Of a stretch of DNA of 56,732 nucleotides, positions 18,054-27,944 are shown piece by piece. The translations under genes were made by a program, and so were the position numbers. Position 1 is the stretch's first letter, and each line of letters starts with the position of its first letter. This DNA is from an uncultured Clostridia bacterium (lineage in GTDB: Bacteria > Bacillota > Clostridia > TANB77 > CAG-508): contig CALYAJ010000002.1 of assembly GCA_944393485.1 (NCBI GenBank), positions 1 to 56,732 on the forward strand, written 5' to 3'. The notes beneath the pieces were generated by a model that was given only the letters and a program-made list of their open reading frames with translations, did no database searches and was not told the origin of the DNA.

Positions 18054-21000
18054 TTATTCTAAATTCTTAATAAATTCTTCTTCTGTAATTTCTTTATTCT
18101 CTAATAAATATTTTATAACATTATCCATCCTCTTTTTATTTTTCTTAATTATCTCTACTGAATCATTAAATGCATCATTTAAAATTTGGTTCACTTCTTT
18201 TTGAATATCTTTTTCCATTTCATTCTCTGGATTTTTTATTTGTCCAAATCCTAGATTTGACATTCCATAAAATTTTACCATATTTTCAGCATTGAATGTT
18301 GCATTTTCTAAGTCTGAAGTATTTCCATTTGAAAATTCACCAAAATAAACTTGTTCTGCTGCCATTCCTGCCATTTCCACTTTTATATCATTTAATATAT
18401 CAGTTCTAGTTTTTATTGGTTTATCTGGATCTGTACTATGTAATACATATCCTAATGTTCCATCTCCTTCTGGATTTACTGTAATTCTCTTTATTCCTGG
18501 CTTTTTAAACAAAACTAATCTTACTAAAGCATGTCCAACTTCGTGTGTAGCCACTCTTTTTCTTATCTCATTTGTTATTGTGTTTGGATCTGTCATATTT
18601 GAACCATTAAATACTACTTCTATCATTTCTTTAATAGTTGGTATATCTTGTTCTCTAATTTCTTTTATATTGTCTTTGTAATTTTTTGCGTGTTTTATTA
18701 ATATTTCTTGTAATACTTTATCTACAAATCTTCCATTTCCAATATTTTCCACATTGCAAAAATATTTCATTATTTTTGCAATACTTTCTTTTGATTTATC
18801 ATTTATTTGTAATTCGCATTTATCCATCTTTTTGTATAAAATATCTGCTAATTCATATTCATTATAATCTGGGAATTCAAATGTGTATCCAATTCTTGAG
18901 GCTATTCCTGGATTACTATCTATAAAATCCTGCATTCCTTTTCTATAACCTGCAAATATTACTACAAATTCTCCTTTATGGTCTTCCATTGCTTTTAATA
19001 ATGTTTCTACAGCTTCTAATCCAAATGAATCTTTACCTTCTGTTAAGCTATAAGCTTCATCTACAAACAATACGCCTCCCATTGCTTTTTCTATAACTTT
19101 AGCAGTTTTTGGAGCTGTCTGTCCAACATATTGACCAATTAGATCTTTCTTTGAAACTTCTACTAATTTATTTTCTTTTACCACTCCTAAGTCAAATAAT
19201 AATTTTGCCATAATTCTTGCAATCGTAGTTTTTCCTGTTCCAGAATTTCCTACAAATACCATATTCATATTATTTTCTACTAAATTAATACCAGCAGTTC
19301 TTGCCTCATTCTGAAATATTACATAATCCTCAAATTCTTTAATTTTGTCTTTTAAATCTTTCATTCCAATTATATCATCTAATAACTTTAATGATTCACC
19401 TTTAACATTATTACCTGTATCTGTTAGCTCTTCTATTGTTGGAATATCTTTTTTATAAATTACATCTATTTCATCATCATTTATAGCATGATTCATTATA
19501 GCTTCTTGAATTAATTTATCAACAAATCTACCATTTCCAAATGCTTTTCTTTTTGAGAAATATTCACATATGCCTTCTACTACTTCTTTTACACCATCTT
19601 CACATTTAAATCCCATATTTTTTATCTTTAACATAAATATATCTACTAATTCATTTGGTGTATAATCTGGAAAATCAAATGTGTAACCAATCCTTGAGGC
19701 TATCCCTGGATTACTATCTATAAATGACTTCATTTCGTCTTTATATCCAGCAAATATTACTACAAATTCTCCTTTATGATCTTCCATAGCTTTTACAAGT
19801 GTTGCTACAGCTTCTAGTCCGAAATGTATTTCCTCCTTCTGTGCTTCCTTGTGTTAGGCTATATGCTTCATCTATAAATAATACTCCTCCCATTGCTTTG
19901 CTTATTACTTCTGCTGTCTTTGGTGCAGTTTGTCCAATATATTGAGCTATTAAATCTTTATTTTCAACCTCTATTAATTTATTTTCTTTTATTATTCCAA
20001 GATCAAATAACATCTTAGCCATAATTCTGGCAATAGTAGTTTTTCCTGTTCCTGGATTTCCTGTAAATATCATATGCATATTAGCATTTTTTAATTTTAA
20101 ACCATTAGCTTTTGCTTTTACTTGAAATAATATATATTTTTCAAATTCTTTCACTTTTTTCTTTAATGATTCTAAGCCGATTATATTACTTAAACTTTCT
20201 TCTACTGTTTCCTTTTTATACATACTTTCTGGAAATATTATTTTATTTTTAGCATTGCTATAATCAGCTAAGTATGTAGCTAATTCTCTATTAGAAAATG
20301 GAATAAATTTTTGATTTAAACTTACATAATCTTTAAATTCCTTTTTATATTTTTCTTCATGCGTTCTTAAATCATCTACTAAATCTGATTTTATTTTTGA
20401 AATATATAATTCGTAAATTTCATCTAGTGATAAATCTTTTACTTTGTAAATATAATTTTGATATATATATCTTAATTTTGGATCAATTGCTAATAATTCT
20501 TCAATTTCTTTTTCTGTTGCCATTAAAATAATATAATTGTCTGAGTCCATCTTAGTAAGTAAATCTAACACATGTTTAAATTGCTTTTCTCTAAGCTCTT
20601 CTGTAGAATTTAAAGCTTTTCTATAATCTGTTATAAATTCTGTTATACCATTTATAACATATAGTCGTTTTTCTTCTAATTCAGTATATTTTATTGCTTC
20701 TTCTACATGATAAGGAACTCCATTTTTATCATTTTTATCCAAATCGTAACTTGCTTTATATGTATTATATGATGCCAAATTTTGCATAGATAATCTTATA
20801 ATATCTTCTGAATTTAATTTGCCTTTTTTAAAAAGTAACTCAGCAATTTTATTTATTAATTTGTTTTTTGTTTCTAGGTCATTTCCCTCTATTATACAAT
20901 GAAAATTAGCTTGTGATTCATTTGATATTATTTCACCAATTGATTTTAAATTATCCACCTTTTCCTTTAATTCATCGAAATTATCTAATATATCATTTTT

Positions 21001-21945
21001 AGAATTATCCAGCTCTCCTAATTTTGCTTTTTTATTTTCCTTAATAAGCTTATCTACTTCTTTTTTGTGTTCTTTATAATATTTTCTATCAGCTTCTATT
21101 TGCTCAAACTTACCTTCTCTTTGTAAATAAAATATATAACCAGCAATTATAAACGGACATTCAGAAAGTCTACAATTATATGTATTACAATAATTAAACT
21201 CGGTATTAGTACTTCTTTCTATATAAGTATAGTTTTCAAAATTATGAGAAGGAGCTGTTAATTTTGTTACATCATTATTAAACTTTGTATATTCTTTACA
21301 AGAGTATAATGATTTTATTTCTACACTATTATTTTCATTTAAAACATTTGATACCCATATACAATTATTATCAACTATTCTCTTACAAAATTGATATGTA
21401 TCTTCAGACACATTTTTTAAGCCATCTTTTACATTCCATATAAAATCAAATTTATTATTTGTATTATTTTTCTTTCTATATTCTTCTCTTTCTTTTAGCT
21501 TGTTGTTTAATTCTCCTTTTCCATATAAATATAGAACATATGCTGCTAATACTTTAGGACATTTATCATAATTACAACCTCTACATACACTATTTATTGT
21601 ATCAGTTTTACATATTATTTCCCATTCGTCTTTATCCTCTTTAATGTACTGATTTATATTATTTTTTAGATTTTCTAATAATTCTTCAGAAGTTATTTTG
21701 TTTTCGCAAAAGCTTATAAGATTTGACTTTATAATTAATTGTGGATAATATTCTTCTGTTTCTGCTTTATAAGATAATTCAATTTTTCCTTCTTTTATTA
21801 ATCTAAATGCAATCTCTAGTGCAGTATCAGAAACAAATTTTAAGCCTGATGGGTTTTCTAACTCGAAGTCATATTTTTCTACTATACTATTAAAGTTTTC
21901 TGGCATACTTAATAATTTATCTTCCTTGTTTTTTTCCATATTCAT
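18054..21945 (-). pseudogene. SWIM-like x2 / SpoVK-type AAA+ x3 (one degenerate) / FtsH-M41 metalloprotease fusion, one frameshift
   Basis: ORF 19774..21945 ends ..EGGNTF-RTRSC.. and ORF 18054..19787 starts MEDHKGEF. Removing one base in sense TTTCGGA (19818-19824) gives ..NTFGLEAVATLVKAMEDHKGEFVVIFAGY.., parallel to the second module ..DSFGLEAVETLLKAMEDHKGEFVVIFAGY. Walker A is GNPGTGKTT and GNSGTGKTT, Walker B is (I/V)DEAYSL, and the C-terminal zinc site is THEVGHALV. No TM segment. Confidence 0.7.
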
Positions 21946-22100
21946 TATGTATGATATATTTTATAATTAAATATGTCATACTCTCCTTTCTATGATTTTT
22001 TCTTTTGAATACTTTGTTTTTATCACTTTAATTTTTTAAGTAAAATAAGTAAACCTTAAGTCAATAGTGATTGTAATATTTTACCTTATTAGATCCTTTT

Positions 22101-22129
22101 CTTATATAAATAGTGTCCATTTGGTGCAA
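22101..22129 (-). promoter_or_regulatory. Sigma-A-type promoter candidate for the AAA-protease gene
   Basis: Minus strand reads TTGCAC (22124-22129), 17 nt, TATAAG (22101-22106). The spacer is occupied by one operator half-site. Confidence 0.4.
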
Positions 22130-22195
22130 AGCGACTTTTATACAATATGAAAGTATAATTTTCCTATTGTATAATGAACAAAGTGGACACTATTT
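22108..22195. promoter_or_regulatory. Second inverted pair of the 15-mer (putative WYL operator)
   Basis: aaatagtgtccattt (22108-22122) and the reverse complement of 22181-22195, aaatagtgtccactt. Same core AGTGTCCAYTT as at 17951-17994. Confidence 0.45.
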
Positions 22196-22204
22196 TAATA
22201 TAAT

Positions 22205-22341
22205 AGGAAAGTTCTCCGAACTTCTCTATTATATTAATAAATTTCACACAAAATTGCACGGCAATTTTGGCGACGAACAAAGACGGGGCATGTAAGTTAT
22301 TTAAAAGGTCATAAAACTTTAATCATGCCCCTTTTGTTCTT
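22205..22341 (-). repeat. 138-bp inverted repeat, right copy (IR-R)
   Basis: Reverse complement aligns with 12114-12251. On the minus strand it reads as a terminator hairpin for the MazG-like gene (22285-22331), then the palindrome caaaattgc-cgt-gcaattttg (22249-22269), then aatataat, pointing at the AAA-protease gene. Confidence 0.9.
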
Positions 22342-23183
22342 TATTCCTTAAACATATTTTTTCTATTATGTTTTTTGCTTTCAATTTCTTCTTTTAAATA
22401 TGTACATTCTTCTAAATCAATTCCATAAGTATTTGCTAATGAACATGTATAATATAAAACATCTGCTAATGACTCTTCTATAGTTCCTTTTATTTTGTCG
22501 TTTTTCATTCTTTTGTCATCTCCTACAGTGCTTGATAAATCACCTAATTTCTCCATTAATTTTAACATATATTTAGTTGGAGCAGATTTTCTTACTTCAA
22601 TTTTAGCGATACTTGCTTGTAGCTTTTTCATAGTTAACTCTTCTGTTTTAGGTGTCTCTATTGTAGGAATTTTAGCAATTACTGGCTCTGGCTTTGGTTT
22701 TTCCTTTTTCACACCATATATAGGGCCTAAATCTTCATCAGCTAATATTGATTTAAAATGTTCTTTAAACTCATCTATCTTCTCTTCTAATAATTCTTGG
22801 TTTGCAATATATTCAATACTTTCTTCAGGTACACTCATAAAGCTCTGTGCAACATAGAATATGTTTAATACATCTATTATATTTTGTATGAATTTTTTCT
22901 TTTTGTAATTTATAAATCTTTTACTGCTTAATACTACTTCACTTGTAGCATCTAAATATTCCTCTAATGTATATGTCTCTAAACAATATTTGCCCCATAC
23001 TTTAAGTTTTACAGTATTATTTTCACTTTCTTCAAAAATTGGAAATAATACAATATTTCTTCCATTTTCTTTTATGCATCTAGGAAAAAATATATAATAT
23101 TCTTTTTTTCCTCTATTTTCATTTTTCCAATTTTGTAAAATTCCTTCTAATAATGCTACTCCATTTTCTACTTCTTCTTCCAT
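22341..23183 (-). CDS. Protein with C-terminal MazG-type nucleotide pyrophosphohydrolase domain
   Basis: The last ~90 aa (..LMEKLGDLSS..EESLADVLYYTCSLANTYGIDLEE..) fit a MazG helix pair. The N-terminal 180 aa are unassigned. Confidence 0.5.
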   Translation of the reverse strand: MEEEVENGVALLEGILQNWKNENRGKKEYYIFFPRCIKENGRNIVLFPIFEESENNTVKLKVWGKYCLETYTLEEYLDATSEVVLSSKRFINYKKKKFIQNIIDVLNIFYVAQSFMSVPEESIEYIANQELLEEKIDEFKEHFKSILADEDLGPIYGVKKEKPKPEPVIAKIPTIETPKTEELTMKKLQASIAKIEVRKSAPTKYMLKLMEKLGDLSSTVGDDKRMKNDKIKGTIEESLADVLYYTCSLANTYGIDLEECTYLKEEIESKKHNRKNMFKE

Positions 23184-23249
23184 AATAACACCTCTAATAT
23201 TTTTATTTTTCTTCTGTTTTTTATTAATTATAATAATAAATTCGTTTTT

Positions 23250-24674
23250 TTACAATTTTTTTATTAAATTTCTTGCCATTTGTACTCCAGAGGCAGATGC
23301 CATCATTAGTCCTCTTGTCATTCCTCCTCCATCACCTATTGAATATAATCCTTTTACACTTGTTTCAAAATTTTTATCTATTACTACTTTGTTGCTATAA
23401 AATTTAATTTCTGGTGCATATAATAAGTTTTCTGGATTTGCAAATCCTTCAACTATTTTATCCATTTTTCTTATAAATTGAAGTATGTCAGTCATTGTTC
23501 TATAACCTAAAGCAAATGTTAAATCTCCTGCTACTGCTGATTTTAGAGTTGGCTTTATTTTATTTGTTTCTAATTCTTTTGCCCACGTTCTTTTTCCTCT
23601 ATAAATATCTCCTAATCTTTGAACAACTATATTTCCTGCTCCTAGTTCGTTTAAGTTTTTAGCTATATTTCTTCCATATTCTATCGGTTTGTCAAAAGGA
23701 TATTCAAAATTATGTGATACTAAAATTGCTAAATTTGTTTGAGTACTTTTTTTATCTTTATATGAATGTCCATTTACTAAATCTATGCCTTCATCATAAA
23801 CTTCTGATGAAACAAATCCACTAGGATTTTGGCAAAATGTTCTAACTTTATCTTTATATGGTCCTGGATATCCTATAAATTTTCCTTCATACATATATTT
23901 ATTAATATCTTTCATTACTTCATCTGAAAGTTCATATCTTACACCTATATCTACTACTCCAGCTTTTGTTTTTATATTATACTTGTTACACATATCTACT
24001 AGCCAGTTAGCACCTTTTCTACCAACTGCAATTATAATATTTTTTCCATAGATTTCTTCTTGTTTATTTTCTTTAATATTATATGCTATTATTCCCTTTG
24101 CTTCGTTATTTTCTATTATTAAATCTTTTACTTCTGTTTCAAACATTAAATCTATATTATGTTCTTCTAAATAATCTTCTAATTTTTTATATAATTCATG
24201 TGCTTTTTCTGTTCCTAAATGCCTTATTGGTATATCTATTAATGTTATTTCTTCTTTTTTTGCTTTTTTCTTTATTTCTGCAACTTCTTTTTTATATTTT
24301 GTTCCTTCTAGCTTTGGATCTGCTCCAAAATCTAGATATATTTGATCAGTATAATCTATTAATTTCTTTGTTTCTTCTACTCCAACATATTTATGTAGTT
24401 CTCCTCCTACATAAAAGTCTTCATCTTCTTTATTATATAATGATAATTTTCCATCTGAAAATGCTCCTGCTCCTGAAAATCCACTTGTAATATTACAAAA
24501 CGGCTTACATTTTGTACATTTTCCAATTGTATCTATTGGACAATTTCTATCTTCTACTCGTTTTCCTTGTTCTACTAGTAAAATCTTTTTGTTTTGATTT
24601 TTTTGAATCATCTCATAAGCAAAAAATATTGAGCCTGGCCCCATTCCAACGACAATAACATCATATTTTTCCAT
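23250..24674 (-). CDS. FAD-dependent oxidoreductase (COG2509-like)
   Basis: Dinucleotide fold YDVIVVGMGPGSIFFA and C-terminal GDGGGMTRG. Confidence 0.6.
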   Translation of the reverse strand: MEKYDVIVVGMGPGSIFFAYEMIQKNQNKKILLVEQGKRVEDRNCPIDTIGKCTKCKPFCNITSGFSGAGAFSDGKLSLYNKEDEDFYVGGELHKYVGVEETKKLIDYTDQIYLDFGADPKLEGTKYKKEVAEIKKKAKKEEITLIDIPIRHLGTEKAHELYKKLEDYLEEHNIDLMFETEVKDLIIENNEAKGIIAYNIKENKQEEIYGKNIIIAVGRKGANWLVDMCNKYNIKTKAGVVDIGVRYELSDEVMKDINKYMYEGKFIGYPGPYKDKVRTFCQNPSGFVSSEVYDEGIDLVNGHSYKDKKSTQTNLAILVSHNFEYPFDKPIEYGRNIAKNLNELGAGNIVVQRLGDIYRGKRTWAKELETNKIKPTLKSAVAGDLTFALGYRTMTDILQFIRKMDKIVEGFANPENLLYAPEIKFYSNKVVIDKNFETSVKGLYSIGDGGGMTRGLMMASASGVQMARNLIKKL

Positions 24675-24770
24675 TTTAAGCACATCCTTTTTTCTCTTTT
24701 TTACGACTTCATTTTATACCAAAACTCTTTTTATTACAATAGTGATTTTAAGTCGAAAAATAATTAAATT

Positions 24771-24820
24771 TTAAAAAGACAAAGAGCCTAGTAAAAGGAT
24801 ATTATCCTTACTAGGCTCTT
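24771..24820 (-). terminator. Terminator of the HExxH gene
   Basis: agagcctagtaa..ttactaggctct stem, with TTGTCTTTTT on the minus strand. Confidence 0.6.
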
Positions 24821-24828
24821 ATTTAGAA

Positions 24829-25425
24829 TCATTCCCACGCTAATTTTAATATTTGTTGCATAAAATATCTTTTTGAATTTTCATCAATATAAGATATTTT
24901 TATTGCAGAGTTATCATTAGCGATTAATTCTCCGGTCAATTCTGCCAATAGCTCCTTCGCAAGCATACGATTTACTGAAAAAAAGCTTTCTATTTCTTGC
25001 AATAAATCGTTACTCACCTTCACTGTATGAAGCTTGTGTCCTATTTCATGTCCAAAGATTTGGGCCCCGGAACCTTCTCTTCTCATATCTAGTAGTCCAT
25101 CATTATCAACTGCAATTAGACCACTAGTAGTTGAAAAGATTCCGACTCGTTCTACCATTGGAAAAATATCAATCTTCTGTCCTTCTATATACCTTAAAGG
25201 CATTGGACTTCTTTCATATGTTTCTATAATTCTTTTTATAGCGCGGAAATATTGTGGAAACCACATTTCTTCCGCAAACCTCATGATATTTTCGTCCCTT
25301 TCCATAGGACTGTCTCCCATAGCCGGCGCTTCTTCTTTTTCCATAATACCTGGAACAGGCACATAAACTGTTACTTCAATTTTGTGCCGTATCCAACTTT
25401 TTGAGTAAATTAACCTTTCTGACAT
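24829..25425 (-). CDS. Putative zinc metallopeptidase (HExxH), higher-GC orphan
   Basis: FGHEIGHKLH motif. SD AAGGAGG, with start at the second ATG of MTMSERL. G+C visibly above its neighbours. Confidence 0.5.
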   Translation of the reverse strand: MSERLIYSKSWIRHKIEVTVYVPVPGIMEKEEAPAMGDSPMERDENIMRFAEEMWFPQYFRAIKRIIETYERSPMPLRYIEGQKIDIFPMVERVGIFSTTSGLIAVDNDGLLDMRREGSGAQIFGHEIGHKLHTVKVSNDLLQEIESFFSVNRMLAKELLAELTGELIANDNSAIKISYIDENSKRYFMQQILKLAWE

Positions 25426-25550
25426 AGTCATGTCCTCCTTATTAATTATCACGTGGTTGTTAGTAAACATAATTATTATAGCATCATTATTGTTAATTTT
25501 CAATAAAAATGACAAAAACCAATACAAATCTATGCACTGGTTTCTGTTTA

Positions 25551-26894
25551 CTATTTTCCAAATTCTTTTTCTATAAATGATGTATCATATTTATTTTTTA
25601 TAAATTTTTCATTATCTAATATTTTTAATATGAAGTCTCTATTAGTTTCTATTCCAGAAATTACAAGCTCTGATAAAGCACTTTTCATTTTTGCTATAGA
25701 TTCTTTTCTATCTTTTCCGTGAACAATTACTTTTGCAATCATAGAATCATAGTTTTGTGGTACTTTATATCCAGAATAAACTGCTGTATCAACTCTTACA
25801 CCATTTCCTCCAGGAAGATGTAATTCTTCTATTAATCCTGGGCATGGCATAAAGTTTTTCTCTGGATTTTCTGCATTTATTCTAGCTTCTAGACTATGTC
25901 CTGTAAATGTAATATCTTTTTGTTTATATTTCATTTTTTCTCCTGAAGCTATACAAATTTGCTCTTTTATTAAGTCTAATCCTGTTACCATTTCTGTTAC
26001 TGGATGTTCTACTTGAATTCTTGTATTCATTTCCATAAAATAAAAATCTTTGTTTTTATCTACTAAAAATTCAATTGTTCCAACATTTGTATATCCAACT
26101 TCTTTTACAGCCTTAACAGCAACTGCTCCCATTTTTTCTCTTAATTTGCTATCAACAATTCCTGATGGTGTTTCTTCTAGCATTTTTTGATTTCTTCTTT
26201 GTACTGTACAATCTCTTTCTCCTAAGTGAACTGCATTACCATGTTCATCAGCCATTACTTGAATTTCAATATGTCTTGGATTTTCTACAAATTTTTCTAT
26301 GTAAATACTATCATCATTAAAAGAAATTGCTGCTTCTTGTTTTACAACTTCATATGCTTTTTTTAGTTCATCTTCATTATATGCAACTCTTATTCCTTTT
26401 CCGCCACCACCAGCAGATGCTTTAAGCATTACTGGATATCCTATTTGATTTGATATATTTATAGCTTCTTGCATTGTATATATTAATCCATCAGATCCAG
26501 GAACTACAGGAACTCCTGCATTTTTCATTGTTTCTTTTGCCTTTGATTTATTTCCCATAAGTTCAATTATTTCTGGTCTTGGTCCAATGAATTTTAAACC
26601 AATTTCATCACACATCTTTGCAAAACTACTATTTTCTGATAAGAAACCAAATCCTGGATGAATACTATCAGCACCAGTTAAGCAAGCAGCTTCTATAATT
26701 GCTTTTACATTTAAATAGCTTTTTACAGAAGGTGCAGGACCAATACATACTGCTTCATCTGCAAGTTTTGTATGTAATGCTGTTCTATCTGCTTCTGAAT
26801 AAACTGCTACTGTCTTGATTCCCATTTCTCTACAAGCTCTTATAATTCTTACAGCTATTTCTCCTCTGTTTGCAATTAATATTTTCTTTAACAT
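25551..26894 (-). CDS. accC: Acetyl-CoA carboxylase biotin carboxylase subunit
   Basis: MLKKILIANRGEIAVRIIRA.., GGGGKGIR, EMNTRIQVEHPVTE. Confidence 0.92.
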   Translation of the reverse strand: MLKKILIANRGEIAVRIIRACREMGIKTVAVYSEADRTALHTKLADEAVCIGPAPSVKSYLNVKAIIEAACLTGADSIHPGFGFLSENSSFAKMCDEIGLKFIGPRPEIIELMGNKSKAKETMKNAGVPVVPGSDGLIYTMQEAINISNQIGYPVMLKASAGGGGKGIRVAYNEDELKKAYEVVKQEAAISFNDDSIYIEKFVENPRHIEIQVMADEHGNAVHLGERDCTVQRRNQKMLEETPSGIVDSKLREKMGAVAVKAVKEVGYTNVGTIEFLVDKNKDFYFMEMNTRIQVEHPVTEMVTGLDLIKEQICIASGEKMKYKQKDITFTGHSLEARINAENPEKNFMPCPGLIEELHLPGGNGVRVDTAVYSGYKVPQNYDSMIAKVIVHGKDRKESIAKMKSALSELVISGIETNRDFILKILDNEKFIKNKYDTSFIEKEFGK

Positions 26895-26960
26895 TTTAAT
26901 TTCAAATCCTTTCTTAGTTAATTGCTTCATTTAAAGAATTATATAAAAGTATCCAATATA

Positions 26961-27383
26961 TTATACAATTGCAAATGTAAGTTCACCTTTTACAGCAACT
27001 TCTCCATTTACTGTAGCTATTGCTTCTCCAACTCCTATTGGACCTTTTCTTTTTATAATTTTAACTTCTAGTTTTAATACATCTCCTGGTATTACTTGTC
27101 TTTTAAATCTTAATTTATCAACTCCACCAAATAATGCATTTTTTCCTTTGTTTTCTGGCATAGAAAGTATTGCAACAGCACCTGTTTGAGCTAATGCTTC
27201 TATTGTTAATACTCCTGGCATTATTGGATTACCTGGAAAATGTCCTTGAAAATGAGGTTCGTTTATACATACATTTTTATAAGCAGTACAACTTTCACCA
27301 GGTACATATTCTTCTACTCTATCTATCATTAAAAATGGTGGTCTTTGTGGAATTATTTCCATTATTTCATTTATATTTAACAT
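26961..27383 (-). CDS. fabZ: 3-hydroxyacyl-ACP dehydratase
   Basis: [25 protein letters not shown]. Confidence 0.92.
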   Translation of the reverse strand: MLNINEIMEIIPQRPPFLMIDRVEEYVPGESCTAYKNVCINEPHFQGHFPGNPIMPGVLTIEALAQTGAVAILSMPENKGKNALFGGVDKLRFKRQVIPGDVLKLEVKIIKRKGPIGVGEAIATVNGEVAVKGELTFAIV

Positions 27384-27453
27384 AATTTTTCTCCTTTATA
27401 TTTTTGTTTATTAAGCTCTATGTTTAGCTTCGCAGTATGGTTTCCTACGTTTT

Positions 27454-27482
27454 TGAACTTTAAGGACCGTCCCTAAAGTTCA
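27454..27482. repeat. REP-like 29-nt palindrome, copy a (form A)
   Basis: tgaactttaaggaccgtccctaaagttca. Abuts the accB stop codon (27483-27485). Confidence 0.9.
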
Positions 27483-27932
27483 TTATTTTATTTTGAATAA
27501 TGTTGTTCCATATTCTACCATATCTTCATTTTTAACGCAGATTTCTACTATTTCTCCATCAAATTCTGATTCTATTTCATTCATTAATTTCATTGCTTCT
27601 ACTACACAAAGAACATCACCTTTTTTTACTTTATCTCCAATTTTTACATATGGTGCATCTTTTGGAGATGGTGCGCTATAAAATGTTCCAACCATTGGTG
27701 ATTTTACTTCTTTATAATTTTCTGTTGCTACTACAGCTTTTTCTTCTGGTTTATTTTCTGCTGGTAATGTAACTTCTTTTACAGCTGGCATTGCTGGAGC
27801 TACAGCTTCTATAATTTTTGCTTCATTTTTCTTCATTTTAATTTTTGTTCCATCTGGAAATTCTATATCTAAACTATCTACTTTAGAATTTCCCATATCA
27901 TCTAATAATTTTTTTATTTCACTATATTCCAT
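27483..27932 (-). CDS. accB: Biotin carboxyl carrier protein
   Basis: Biotinylation motif EAMKLMNEI and an Ala/Pro-rich linker. Confidence 0.9.
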   Translation of the reverse strand: MEYSEIKKLLDDMGNSKVDSLDIEFPDGTKIKMKKNEAKIIEAVAPAMPAVKEVTLPAENKPEEKAVVATENYKEVKSPMVGTFYSAPSPKDAPYVKIGDKVKKGDVLCVVEAMKLMNEIESEFDGEIVEICVKNEDMVEYGTTLFKIK

Positions 27933-27944
27933 TTTTCATTACTC

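Noticed and set aside
22113-22295. 60-aa plus-strand ORF upstream of the AAA-protease gene.
   Set aside because: It spans the operator pair and IR-R. The equivalent frame in IR-L is not conserved as coding. No SD.
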